From contig NC_043001.1 of NCBI RefSeq assembly GCF_006345805.1, positions 16,120,001 through 16,184,000 of the forward strand: a DNA stretch of 64,000 bases, in the 5' to 3' direction. The notes beneath the pieces are model-generated. The model worked only from the letters and a program-made list of their open reading frames with translations. It was not told where the DNA came from and did no database searches. Of the stretch, positions 50,524 through 63,027 are shown one piece after another (position 1 is the stretch's first letter; each line of letters starts with the position of its first letter). This DNA is from Octopus sinensis (taxonomy: Eukaryota). The position numbers and the translations under genes are program-made.

Positions 50524-51200
50524 CGTTTACCAAATCCACTCACAAGGCTTTGGTAAACGGAAACTGAAAAAAGCCCATCGTATATATGCATATATATATG
50601 TGTGTGTATGTTTGTCACCCCCCCCCCCCAACATCGCTTGACAACCGATGCTGGTGTGTTTATGTCTCTGTAACTTAGCAGTTCGACGAAAGAAGCCGAT
50701 AGAATAAGTACTAGGGCTCACGAAGAATAAGTCCTGGGGGCAATTTGCTCAACTAAAAAAGGTCGTGCTCCAGCATGGCCACAGTCAAATGAGTGAAACA
50801 AGTGAAAGAGAGTAAAGGGTGTGTTTCGCGCACGCGCGTGTATGTGTGAATTCAAATTTATAAAACTGAACACGCTCGCACACACACACACACGTCTTTT
50901 ATATAGCTACCCTCATTTGTACCTCTTGCCGTGAGGTAGGTTCATCTGGGACTCTCGGCAGGAAGAGGTCCAGCTTTGATTTTAAAAAACCCTACATCTA
51001 CTTTGTGCAAGTTCCTCAGACTCTGGGAGAATATTAAAAAGCTGTGGGCCCTTGAAACCCAGGCTGTTGCAGTAACTGGTCCTGAAGCATGATGGCATTG
51101 CTGGATCTTTGGCACTATGCAGTGTCGTCCCGTTCTGGCATTGGTGTAGCTTTCAATGGCACAATTCCTTCCAGAATATCCAGATATATATTACTGCATG
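50390..51200 (-). mobile_element. CR1/L2-group LINE C-terminal fragments (50390-50470 and 50905-51200), separated by microsatellite and SINE
   Basis: Minus-strand translations IQRSYTKKI..YWERLKRLKLYSL and ILEGIVP..RTGRHC..NSLGFKGPQLFNILP..KLDLFLPRVPDEP. Confidence 0.7.
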
Positions 51201-51320
51201 CATATATATATATATATATAATAGAAGGGTAAAATTTATTAATCAAATTAATTAATTAATTAACAATTTTACCAAGTAGATCGGTATATTAAAATAACCT
51301 TTATAGGTAAAATTATCCAC

Positions 51321-51495
51321 ATAATTATAATTAGGGTTCAGCTAACTGCTTAACCACATACCAAAATTAGAAAAAGGAGTTAAAAAAACTATGGTTACCA
51401 TCATGGAGATTCTTATGGTAGTAGAAAAGGAATTTTTAACTCCTTTTTCTAATTTCGGTATGTGGTGAAGCAGTTAGCTGAACCCTAATTATAAT

Positions 51496-51498
<3 letters not shown>
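51321..51498. repeat. Inverted repeat, about 66-bp arms, in a TA-flanked element (51222-51498)
   Basis: ATAATTATAATTAGGGTTCAGCTAACTGC...GGAGTTAAAAA and its reverse complement. Confidence 0.85.
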
Positions 51499-51526
<28 letters not shown>

Positions 51527-51838
51527 TATATGTGTGTGCACATATATGTATGTATATATATCTAATATAGTGGCATTTTCAAACTTCTTTTTTACAAATA
51601 TATATATATATACATGTATATGTATATATATATATATATATATATACATATATGTATGTATATATGTATGTATACATGTATATACATATACATATATGTA
51701 TGTATATATATACGTGTATATATATATATATATAGATATAACGGGAAGCTTTATGAAAATAGACAAAAGACGAAGGCAGGTGGAAAACAAACGAACAATT
51801 GTATTAGTATGGCGCTCAGGAAATATAAATAAAACAAG

Positions 51839-51876
51839 TCTTTAACGTTTCGAGCCTACGCTCTTCAACAGAAAGA
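51839..51876 (-). ncRNA. Minimal type I hammerhead ribozyme in Penelope terminal repeat
   Basis: Minus strand reads TCTTT CTGTTGA A GAGC gtag GCTC GAA ACGT T AAAGA: stem I TCTTT/AAAGA, stem II GAGC/GCTC, palindromic ACGT stem III, variant core CUGUUGA. Confidence 0.75.
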
Positions 51877-52670
51877 TACACAGAGAGAAAAAAAACACAG
51901 AAAGAAGGAGAGAAAAAAAATGCGTGCAGTAGCTAACGAATCAACATGGCGATCTGATTTCGGCCAGAGGTCAAAGATCAAACATGAGACGCGAGAGCGA
52001 AATAAGGGGAGATAATAGGGTTGAAGGACCAGCTAATAGTGCGTAGGAGGGGTCTGGACGTGTGTATGTATAGGGTTGGTGTATGTATTAGTATGTATAA
52101 GGGTGTGTGTGTATGAGAGAGTATTAGTGCGTAGGATTGGTCTGGACGTGCGTATGTATGGGGTTGGTGTATGTATTAGTATGTATTAGTACGTATTAGT
52201 ATGTATAAGTGTGTGTGTGTGTGTGTATGAGAGAGTATAAGTGCGTATGAGGGGTCTGGACGTGTGTATGTATAGGGTTGGTGTATGTATTAGTATGTAT
52301 TAGTATGTATTAGTACGTATTAGTATGTATTAGTTGGTGTATGTATTAGTATGGCACATCATATATGATGTGATGTGTAAAGTCGTGTGGTGTAGTGAGG
52401 AGAAGAGGGGGAGGGGGAAGAGGAGAGGATGGGGGAGAGAGGAGAAGGAGGGGGAGGAAAGAGGGAGAGGGGGAGAGAGGGAGTGAGGGAAGGGGAAGAG
52501 GGAAGGAGGGAGAAAGAGGGAAGAAGGGAAGGGGAGTAGGGGTGAAAGGATGAAGGACTGAAGAAGTAGGGGTCGGGGGGAAAGGATAGGTGAGGAGGGG
52601 GAGAGGGGGGTTAGATGAGAGGGGGGGGGAGAGTTGAGACCAAATGGCGTATAAGAGCGAAGAGAGAAGA

Positions 52671-55516
52671 TTAATTCCTGTTCACGGCGCAAACGGGAAT
52701 CCGGATGGCCTCTGTGTAAGGACAAACCGAACACAGATAGGTGTTGCAAGGAGTGACCGGTGGAGCGGAAATGGCGTGAGACCGTGTGTCGTTCGCAAGG
52801 TGGATGTCACGAAGGTGTTCCGCGAACCGGTCAGCCAAGCGGCGTCCCGTTTGTCCGATGTACAAGGAATTGCAGAGAGAGCAAGAGATGCAATAGATAA
52901 TATTGCTGGAGGTGCAGGTGAAGGAGTGGATGATGGGATAGGGTCGATGGTGGGTGCTAGTGAGGCGGGTGGTGTTGGAGAGGTAAGGGCAAGTGCGGCA
53001 ACGTGGGCGGGAGCAGGGGAACGAGCCGGGTTGGGAGGTAGGGTCAGGGAAGGAGCTATGGACCAAAAGGTCTCGAAGGTTGTGGGCTCGTTTGAAAGAG
53101 GGGAGGGGTCGGTTAGGGAAGAGGTGTGAAGTGGACGGGTCGGACTGGAGATGACGGAAAGCTCGAAGAATGGTGCGTTGGAGACGTAGGGTCGTGGGGT
53201 GGTAAGTGAGGGGAAAAGGGAGGCGGGAGACTACAGGGCGGGTTCGGGGAGAGAGAGCAGATACACGGTCCACGGACCGTGCTCTGGCAAGGGCGGTGTG
53301 GATAGTGGTGAGGGGGTATCCACGTAGGGTGAAGTGGTGAGCCATACGTTGAGACTGAGTCTCAAAGTCATGGTCGTCACTACAGAGCCTACGTAGACGG
53401 AGGAATTGGGAATAGGGGATGGAAAGCTTGGTGTGTTCTGGGTGGGAGGAAGAGAAGTTGAGGTATGAGTGTGAGTCTGTGTGTTTGTAGTGAATGGAGG
53501 TGGTAAGAGTGGAGTGAAGAATGCTAACCGAAATGTCGAGGATGGAGACAGAGGTGTTGGAGATAGTGGAAGTGAAGTAGAGGGCTGGATGGAAAGATTG
53601 GACGAAAGAGAGGAAGGAATCTAGATGTTCGCGGGAGAGTGAGGTGGCACCGATAATGTCGTCAATGTAACGACCATATAGTTCAGGAGTGGGACCAGTG
53701 AAATTAGAGAATATTTGGGCCTCAACATAGCCAACGAACAGGTTCGCATAGTTGGGGCCCATTCGCGTTCCCATGGCCACTCCCGAGACCTGATGGTAGA
53801 ATTCGCCCGCGAACGAGAAGCAGTTCAGAGTAAGGACAAGTTCGGCCAGACGAATGAGTGTGGAGGTGTCAGATACAGGGTTAGAGCGGAGGTCAAGAAA
53901 GTGTCGAAGGGCCTGCAGTCCTTCGTGGTGAGGGATAACAGTATAGAGGCTTTGGATGTCCATAGTAAAAAGGATTTTGGAGGAGCCGGGAGGAAAGGAG
54001 AAAGAGTTGAAAAGCCGGAGAGCATGGTTGGTATCGTGGATGTGGGAGGGAAGAGATGCCACTAGGGGGGCAAGGACACGGTCGAGGTATTTAGAGATGA
54101 GCTCCTTGGGGCAGTTACAGGCGGAGACGATGGGGCGGCCAGGGTTGTTGGGTTTGTGGATTTTGGGGAGGAAGTAAATGGTGGGGGTACGTGGGGTTCG
54201 CACAATTAGGTTGGATGCGGTGCGGGGGAGACGGGAGGACGAGATGAGGTCGTGGACAGTAGAGGATACCGTCTGTTGGTAGCTACGTGTGGGGTTAGAG
54301 GGCAGAGGGGAATAGAAGGAGGTGTCATTGAGTTGGCGGAAAGCCTCGGCCCTATAGAGGTCCGCGCGCCACACCACTACAGCTCCACCCTTGTCAGCCG
54401 GTTTGATGATAATGTCAGCGCGCCGTTGGAGGGAACGAAGAGCCAAGAGCTCAGCCGGGGAGATGTTGAGGCGGCGTTGGCGCCTGGAGAAGTTGAACCG
54501 CTCCAATGCACGCTGACAAGCGCCCGCGAAAAGATCCACTGCTAGGATCTGGCCAGGGGCAGGCGTCCACGGGGATGGTCGGCGGCCCAGGCCAGTGAAG
54601 CAGTCCTCTTTGTTGGGTGTGGGTGGCGAGTCGTGGTAATGCGCACCCAACCGGACATGGCGCACAAAGCTGTGGACATCAACTCGCGTCTGGAATTCCT
54701 TACAGGATGGAGTGAGGGGGATGAAACGCAGACCCCTACCAAGGACGGAGCGTTCAGCCGCAGAGAGGGGAAGATCGGGGGGAATGGTAACAACAGACGG
54801 AAGTGGAGATGGGGTGGGTGGAATAGAAGTAGGAGGGGTGGTAGGTCTCGTGGAGGTCTGAGGGGGAGGGATTGGGGAGATGTGTGGGGGTGGTTGGGCG
54901 GGGCAGTAGGGTTAGGTGTAGGTGGATGGAGCCTATCAGGAGGGGAGAAGGGGTTGTAGGGAGGGGCAGTGGGGTTAGGTGTGGGTGGATGGAGCCTATC
55001 GGGAGGGGAGAAGGGTGGTGGAGGAGTTGGGGTAGTGGCGTCGGGTAGGGTGGAATGGAAGAGTGATTGGAGTTTACGAAGTTTGGTATCAGAAAGAAAT
55101 TGATGGAAGAGTTGATTCAAATGGATAATGAAGCGTAGCGTGTTTGGAGCATAGAGAGGCGGCAGAGAGGAGAAGAAGGTGGAGAAAGCAGGAGGAAGAA
55201 GGCGGTTGATGGCATGTAGTTTTGAGAGATTGGAGCGAATGGTGGCCCGCATAAGGCGGTAAGATGTGGTGCGGAGTATGGGTAAGATGGAAGAATCCGA
55301 GTGGAGAGCAGGGTGGAAGTGGAGGCGGAAACCTTTAGGGATGAGTCGGTGATGTAGGCAGCGGCTTAGGAAAGAGACATGGCTAGAGAAGCGGGTTTTT
55401 TTAAAAAGAAGTAGAGAGAGAGATTACGGACGCCTGAAGGCATATACAGGAAGAGAACGGAGATGATCCTTCAAACGGTGATGGAGGGTGAGGAGGTAGG
55501 ACCTAGGATCCGGCAT
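52671..55516 (-). pseudogene. Penelope RT + GIY-YIG endonuclease polyprotein with several frameshifts
   Basis: N-terminal HVSFLSRCLHHRLIPKGF and ERSVLGRGLRFIP. RT motifs IKPADKGGAVVV, LPKIHK..PGRPIVS, MDIQSLYT, GVAMGT, RYIDD. Linker CSRPRCRTC. GIY-YIG NIIYCISC..LYIGQTGRRLADRFAEH. Frame breaks near 55430, 54850 and 52790 (approximate). Confidence 0.9.
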
Positions 55517-56239
55517 GATGGGATAGCGGAAAAAAAACGTTCAAAAAAACAAAAAAAAAACAAAAAACAAAAATTATCGTATGAAAAATGATAGAAAAAA
55601 AGGATAGCGAAAAAAAGGGGAAAAAACAAACGTTCAAAAAAACAAAAAATAATAATCGTATGAAAAAACTAGATAAGTAAGCGATAGGGGCAGAAAAGAC
55701 GGGGCAAACGGAAAAGGGAAAGAAAGAAGGGAAGCAGAGAGAGGGGGAGGCAAAAAAAGGGGGGTGCAGGCAGAGGAAACGGAGTATGGACATCCAGAGA
55801 GGGAAGAAAGACGGAAAGGAGAACAAAAATTCAGGAAAATGTGGAAAGCATGAAATGAATGTAAAAAAAGTGGTAATATAAGAGAAAATAAAAATACAAC
55901 AAACGGGACAGTTTATGCGAACAAGTTCAAGGTTGAAAGTTCAAGGTGAGAAATGTGTAGACGTCGTGGTATATTTTTTAAGGATTTCACATCAATGCAA
56001 AGTCACTTTGATCCGCGAAAGAGAGGTGCAGCCAATGGTAAGTATCCAAGAGGTAAAGAAAATCCAAGGTAGAGGTAAGTGTTGATAGTGGTATGGTAGA
56101 ATATAAGATGAAAGTGAGACCACGTGAGCGCATAATATATAACGGGAAGCTTTATGAAAATAGACAAAAGACGAAGGCAGGTGGAAAACAAACGAACAAT
56201 TGTATTAGTATGGCGCTCAGGAAATATAAATAAAACAAG

Positions 56240-56277
56240 TCTTTAACGTTTCGAGCCTACGCTCTTCAACAGAAAGA
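56240..56277 (-). ncRNA. Minimal type I hammerhead ribozyme in second Penelope terminal repeat
   Basis: Identical to 51839-51876. Confidence 0.75.
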
Positions 56278-56641
56278 TACACAGAGAGAAAAAAAACACA
56301 GAAAGAAGGAGAGAAAAAAAATGCGTGCAGTAGCTAACGAATCAACATGGCGATCTGATTTCGGCCAGTGGTCAAAGATCAAACATGAGACGTGAGAGCG
56401 AAATAAGGGGAGATAATAGGGTTGAAGGACCAGCTAATAGTGCGTAACACACATCTATACATACACACACACATATATATATATAGGTATGGCTGTGTGG
56501 TAAGAAGCTTGCTTACCAATCACATGGTTCTGGGTTCAGTCCCACTGCATGGCACCTTAAGCAAATGTCTTCTTTTATAGCCTCAGGCTGACCAAAGCCT
56601 TGTGAGTGGATTTTAAGTGACAGAAACTGAAAGAAGCCCAT

Positions 56642-56674
<33 letters not shown>

Positions 56675-56677
<3 letters not shown>

Positions 56678-59600
56678 AAGAAATACGCACAGATCATGAA
56701 TGGCTAAAGCTGAGTGACTCGTTCAGCCTCGCTACTACCTTCTATCTTAGCACTTATTCATCGTCGTTCTTTCACTGTTCTTCGATTACCATCTCATGTA
56801 TTGTTCCTCATTCTTTCAGTATTCCCTCATTACCCTGTCTGGCTCAAACACATTTTTTTTCGTTTAGTCTTGTCTCCCGGTTCATAGCTACTCCGATTTT
56901 TCAAACCCATTTGCTAGCTCACACGATTAACAGAACCTCTTACTAAGCTACGGTGTACCCGCCCTCCCACTTCCTCCACACATACCGGAAGTTCCTATTC
57001 CTTGCCTTCCCAGGGTTGCTTCCCATGAAGACAGCAAATGCTCTTTCACCATCCCTACCCCTAGTCTCGACCTATGTAAGGTAATGTTCATACAGTGCAA
57101 AATATGAAAGGCTAGTGTTATGCAGGTTGTACTGAAGGCTACTTTACTACTTCATTACTTGCACATGAATTCTGCCAAATGCGAGCTTTCTTTTCAGGTA
57201 CACCGTCCCAGGGTCTCTAGAGCCCATGTCTCCCACACCCTCAGGGTTGGCACCCTCAACGTTGGCATACTGAAAGGTAGATCTGGTGAGATAGTCGAGA
57301 TGCTTGAACGGAGATGTGTGGATATATGTTGCACGCAAGAAATAAGGTGGAGAGGAGGATCAGCTAGGTTCCTCACAGGCAAGGAACGCAGGTACAAGAT
57401 TTTCTGGGCAGGGAACACTGACGGGGTTGGTGGCGTGGGTATACTTATCGCTGAGAAATGGGTAGATAAAGTAATTGAGGTAATCAGAGTATGTGACAGA
57501 ATACTTAAGATTAGATTAGTGCTTCATTATAGTTTAGCAACCATTATATCAGCCTATGCTCCTCAGTCGGGGCTACCCGATGGACAGAAAGACCGATTCT
57601 ATGACACTCTACTGCAGACTACCTCGTTGATGAACGACAGAGACCTTATCTTTGTGGCTGGTGACTTCAATGGTCACGTTGGACGACAGGCTGGGGGCTT
57701 CCATGGCGTACATGGAGGCTATGGCTATGGCTCCCGCAACGAGGAGGGAACCAGGCTGCTGGAGTTCTGCGATGCAAATAATCTTATGATTTGCAACACT
57801 AACTTCAGGAAACCTACCAGCCACCTAGTCACTTACCGATCGGGCCAACATACCAGCCAAATTGACTACATCCTTGCAAGGCAAAGGGAGAGATGGCTGC
57901 TTATAAATGCCAAAACCTTCCCAGGTGAAGAATGTACCCCACAACATAGACTGGTAGTTAGTGACTTTAGGATCAGGACTAGGAGGACAACCAGAAGACG
58001 ACCAATATGGAGAAGAAGGATCTGGAAGCTTAAAGATCCTGCAAATGGACAGAGATTTAGGGACATATTACTTGAAGCCTTTGACGAAGTAGAAGGGGAT
58101 AGAGCATCACAGGGGGTAGAAGACACTGGACGTTTCTAAGGGACAACCTGCTGAGAGCCACTGACCAGATCTGTGGCTGGTGCAAAGTCCCCTCTCAACC
58201 TAGAATAACGTGGTGGTGGAACAATATTGTAGACAGGGCTATTAGAGAAAAGAGACAAGCTTGGAAGGTCTGGAAAAATGGGGGTAGCAGGGAATTGTAT
58301 CAGACTGCCAAAAGAGAAGCTAGGAGACAGGTTTATTTAGCCAGAGGGGAAGCAGATAAGAAAAAATTTGCCAATGTTCTGCGCCGTGAGGACTAAAGAC
58401 TGGAGGTGTTTCGCGTTGCAAGACAGTGCATGAGAGAGAATCGTGATGTGGTAGGATGTGTTCGCATGGAAGATGGTTCATTTGCACTAAATGAGGATGC
58501 AAAGAGAGAGGTTTGGAGATGCCACTATGAAAGGTTGCTGAATAAAGAAAATGAATGGGATAAAGAGAGTCTGCCGAATGTTGACCCAACAGAGGGACCA
58601 GCTATCCGAGTTGATAGTTCCGTGGTAGCTAAGGCAATTAGAAGCATGAAGACAGGGAAAGCTCCAGGCCCATCAGGAATCACTGCAGAGATGCTCAAAA
58701 TGTCTGGTAGTGTCGGCTATAGCCTAGTCACCCGTATAGTTAATCAGGTGATACACAAAGGAGTCATACCCAATGACTGGTGTAGCAGCATAATAGTCAA
58801 CTGCTACAAAGGTAAAGGTGACGCCCTAGATACAAATAACTACAGAGGTATCAAGCTGTTGGATCAGGTGATGAAGGTTACGGAGAGGGTCATAGCCCAA
58901 CTAATTAGAGAGAGAGTTAGTTTAGATGAGATGCAGTTTGGGTTCGTGCCAGGGAAAAGTACTACTGATGCTATATTCCTGGTAAGGCAACTGCAGGAGA
59001 AATACCTAGCCAAAGATAAGCCCCTGTACCTGGCTTTTGTTGACATGGAGAAAGCCTTCGACAGGGTCCCCCGATCCCTTATCTGGTGGTCAATGAGGAA
59101 ACTAGGGATAGATGAATGGTTAGTGAGAGCTGTGCGGGCCATGTATAGGGACGCTGCTAGTAAGGTAAGGGTTGGCAACGAGTACAGTGAAGAATTCTGG
59201 GTAGAGGTAGGAGTCCACCAAGGCTCAGTCCTCAGCCCCCTCCTATTTATCATAGTCCTCCAGGCAATAACGGAGGAATTCAAGACAGGATGCCCTTGGG
59301 AGCTCCTCTATGCTGATGACCTTGCTCTAATTGCTGAGTCACTATCAGAACTGGAGGAGAAGTTTCAGGTGTGGAAACAAGGATTAGAATCGAAGGGCCT
59401 CAGAGTCAATCTAGCTAAAACCAAAGTTGTAATCAGTAGGAAGGTAGACAAATCACAAATGCCTTGAGGTAGATGGCCCTGCTCGATCTGTAGAAAAGGC
59501 GTAGGTAGAAACTCTATAAGATGCACCAAGTGTAAGTTATGGACACATAAGAGGTGCAGAAATGTCAAAGGAAGGCTAACTAGGAAGATGGTTTTTGTAT

Positions 59601-60692
59601 GTGGCAGATGCTCAGGAACAATAAACACTGAAAATGCTCTGAGACCAACTTCCATCACTTTCCAGGGAGAAAAACTAGAAATAGTTGATAGTTTCCGTTA
59701 CCTAGGTGACCAAGTCAGCAGTGGGGGTGGGTGTGCTGAAAGTGTAACTGCTAGAGTAAGAATAGCTTGGGCAAAGTTCAGAGAGCTCTTACCTCTGCTG
59801 GTGACAAAAGGCCTCTCGCACAGAGTGAAAGGCAGACTGTATGATGCGTGTGTACGAACAGCCATGCTACATGGCAGTGAAACATGGGCTGTGACTGCTG
59901 AGGATATGCATAAGCTCGCAAGAAATGAAGCCAGTATGCTCCGAAGGATGTGTAATGTCAGTACTCATGCTCGGCAGAGTGTAAGTACCTTGAGAGAAAA
60001 GCTGGACCTAAGAAGCATCAGTTGTGGTGCGCAAGAGAGACGTTTGCGCTGGTATGGTCATGTGGCGAGAATGGATGAAGATAGTTGTGTGAAAAAGTGT
60101 CACACCCTAGCGGTTGAGGGAACCTGCGGAAGAGGCAGACCCAGGAAAACCTGGGACGAGGTGGTGAAGCACGACCTTCGAACTTTAGGTCTCACTGAGG
60201 AAATGACTAGAGACCGAGACCTCTGGAAGTGTGCTGTGAGCGAGAAGACCCGGCAGGACAAGTGAGTCCATAACCCGTGGCCTTCTACATGGGATGGAGC
60301 CAGCCTACGTATGCATACCTTCCCTTCTCGGGACACAAAACTCTACTTGTGAAGACCTATTGAGGCAAGTGAGGATCAGAATCGAAATCGATCAATGGAA
60401 ATTGCAGATGTGTTACCAGTGCCGGTGGCATGTAAGAGAACCTTCCGTTTCGCGACCGTTGCCAGCGCCGCCCCGTTCGTGGCCGTTTGCCAGCTCTGTC
60501 TGGCACCTGTGCGGGTGGCACGTAAAAAGCACCCACTACACTCACGGAGTGGTTGGCGTTAGGAAGGGCATCCAGCCGTAGAAACACTGCCAGATTTGAC
60601 TGGGCCTGATGAAGCTTTCTGGCTTCACAGACCCCAGTAGAACCGTCCAACCCATGCTAGCATGGAAAACGGACGCTAAACGATGATGATGA
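56675..60692 (+). mobile_element. RTE-clade LINE, near full length, disabled
   Basis: APE domain (VGTLNV, TQEIRW, SAYAPQ, GDFNGHVG, QIDYIL, QHRLV) then RT (KAPGPSG, YRGIKLL, QFGF, FVDMEKAFD, GVHQGSVLSP, LLYADD, FRYLG) and C-terminal RGRPRKTW. Frameshift near 58130 and stops at 58394 and 59465. The 3' tail ends in (GAT)n. 5' boundary approximate. Confidence 0.93.
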
Positions 60693-61375
60693 TATGGATA
60701 TATTTCTGTGTTTGTCCCCACCCCACTGATGCTGGTATGTTTACGTCCCTGTAAGAGACCAATAGAATAAGTACCAGGATTATAAAGAATAAGTCCACGG
60801 GTCAATTTCTTTGACTGAAGGGCAGTGCTCCAGTATGGCCACAGTCAAAATGACTGAAACAAGTAAAATATATACATATATATATAACAGGCTTCATTCA
60901 GTTTCCATCTACTAAATCCATTCACAAGACTTTAGTCAACTTGAGGCTTACAGAAGAAGACACTTGCCCAAAGTGCCACTCAGTGGGACTGAACCCGGGA
61001 CCATGGTTCTTACAACACAATCACACCTGTACCTATATAAATATCAGTTTCTGAATATATTTCGTTTGCATTTAAAGTGTGTAAATTGATTTCATTTGCA
61101 TTTGTGATTTCATTTCCTGGCAAGCTGTTGTTTTGTGAATGTACAATGGTGGACCACAAAATAAAAACAAAACAGTGAAAAAGAATCATATAAAAAAAGA
61201 AAATATCAGCTATAGGTGTCTGTGTGTGTTTGTATGGTTAAGAAGTTTGCATTCCAACAATGTGATCTTGGGTTCAATTCCACTGCATGACACCTTGGGT
61301 ATCTTCTACTGTAGCCTTGGGCCGACCAAAGTCTTGTGAGTAAATTTGATAGACAGAAACTATTGTATGTATGTA

Positions 61376-61411
<36 letters not shown>

Positions 61412-61955
61412 GTGCCAAGAGCACTATCCGAGCATGATCGTTGCCAGAGCAGCCAGCTGGCTTCCGAACCGGTGGCACATAAAAGGGCACCATTCAAGCT
61501 TGATCGTTACTAACGTCGCCTTACTGGCACCTGTGCCGGTGGCATGTGTAAAAAGATTCGAGTGAGGTCATTGCCAGTACCAACTGACTGGCCCCCCATG
61601 CCAGTGGAATGTAAATAGCACCCACTACACTCTCGGAGTGGTTAGCGTTAGGAAGGGCATCCAGCTGTAGAAACTCTGCCAGATCAAGATTGGAGCCTGG
61701 TGCAGCCATCTGGTTCACCAGCCCTCAGTCAAAATCATCCAACCCATGCTAGCAGGAAAAGCTGGCAAGGAGTGACCAACATTTCCCCTAAACAGAATGT
61801 CAGTTCATTTCAGGGTCACTCATTTACAGCCGTGAGTACTGGGGCAACATGAAAGGAAGTATTTTGTTCTGCAGATCTGGGGATTGAAACTACAAAGTTG
61901 TGATCATGAATGCAACACCCTAACCACAAGGCTACATGCTTTGACTATATATATA

Positions 61956-62104
61956 GGTGCAGGAGTGACTGTGTGGTAAGTAGTTTGCTTACCAACCACA
62001 TGGTTCCGGGTTCACTCCTTGGGCAAGTGTCTTCTACTATAGCCTCGGGCCAACCAAAGCCTTGTGAGTGGATTTGGTAAACGGAAACTGAAAGAAGCCC
62101 ATCG

Positions 62105-62139
<35 letters not shown>

Positions 62140-62345
62140 CTGTGTTTGTTCCCCAACATCGCTTGACAACCGATGCTGGTGTGTTTGCATCCCCGTAACT
62201 TAATGGTTCGACAAAAGAGACCAATAGAATAAGTACTAGGCTTACAAAGAATAAGTCCTGGGGGTGATTTGCTCGACTAAAGGCCGTTTTCCAGCATGGC
62301 CGCAGTCAGATGACTGCAACAAGTAAAAGAGAGAGAGTAAAGAGT
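61956..62345 (+). mobile_element. SINE family B (tRNA head, CORE-like segment, internal TA/TG microsatellite), representative copy
   Basis: GG.GCAGGAGTGGCTGTGTGGTAAG...GGGTTCA...CCTTGGGCAAGTGTCTTC...(TA)n(TG)n...GACTGAAACAAGTAAAAGAG consensus. Other copies at about 2967-3340, 6561-7512, 7566-8458, 13273-13688(-), 26300-26807(-), 27715-28060, 29710-29868(-), 40133-40598(-), 50527-50818, 56486-56645, 60705-61035, 61215-61365, 63805-63960(-). Confidence 0.85.
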
Positions 62346-62507
62346 ATATATAAGAAAAATCGGACACATGCACAAGGTATATGTGTTGTTAGTTCATAGG
62401 TTAGCTGTGGCTTTTAGGTATAACAATATATTCTCTATGTGCCTGGTGTAAAAATTGTGGACATTGACTGATGAATCTACAATAATCAATATTGCACGAT
62501 TGCAAAG

Positions 62508-62995
62508 ACCTGTTGAGGCAATCAAAATCGAATTCAAACTCGGTGACTGGCATCCGTTGCTAGTGGAGCACTAAGAGTACCATGCGAGTGAGATCGTTGC
62601 CAGAGCAACAAGCTGGCCTCCATGCCGATGCCACATCAAGCACACCATTCGAGCGTGATCGTTACCTGCATTGCCTTATTAGCACTTGTGCTGGTGGCAT
62701 GCGAAAAAAAATACATTCAAGTGAGGTCGTTGCCAGTGCCGCTGGACTGGCTCCTGTGCAGGTGGCACATAAAAAGCACCATTTGAGCATGGCCGTTGCC
62801 AGTACCACCTAACTGGCCCTTGTGCCGGTGGATCGTAAAAGCACCCACTACACTCTCAGAGTGGTTGGTGTTAGGAACGGCATCCATCTGTAGAAAATCT
62901 GCCAGATCAAGATTGGAGTCTGGTGCAGCCATCTGGTTCGCCAGTCCTAAGTCAAATCGTCCAACCCATGCTAGCATGGAAAGCGGACATTAAAC

Positions 62996-63023
<28 letters not shown>
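62508..63023 (+). mobile_element. Non-autonomous element or 5'-truncated copy sharing the RTE 3' tail
   Basis: Ends GTTAGGAA.GGCATCCA.CTGTAGAAA...CCAACCCATGCTAGCATGGAAAGCGGACATTAAAC(GAT)n, as at 60550-60692. Relatives at 61412-61760, 49860-50135 and 47085-47200(-). Confidence 0.85.

Positions 63024-63027
<4 letters not shown>

Larger units (their letters stand above)
51738..56446 (-). mobile_element. Penelope-like retroelement (Neptune-like), near full length, with about 308-bp direct terminal repeats
   Basis: Direct repeats at 51738-52045 and 56139-56446 enclose a minus-strand RT plus GIY-YIG coding region. The element sits in TA/CA-rich microsatellite sequence. Confidence 0.93.

Noticed and set aside
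52644-54959. Plus-strand ORFs opposite the Penelope ORF, and ORFs antisense to the caspases and RTE
   Set aside because: Shadow frames of real coding sequence with no recognisable domains.
60604-60630. CTGATGAAGC...GCTT as a hammerhead
   Set aside because: No following GAAA. It is a point variant of the RTE 3' tail.
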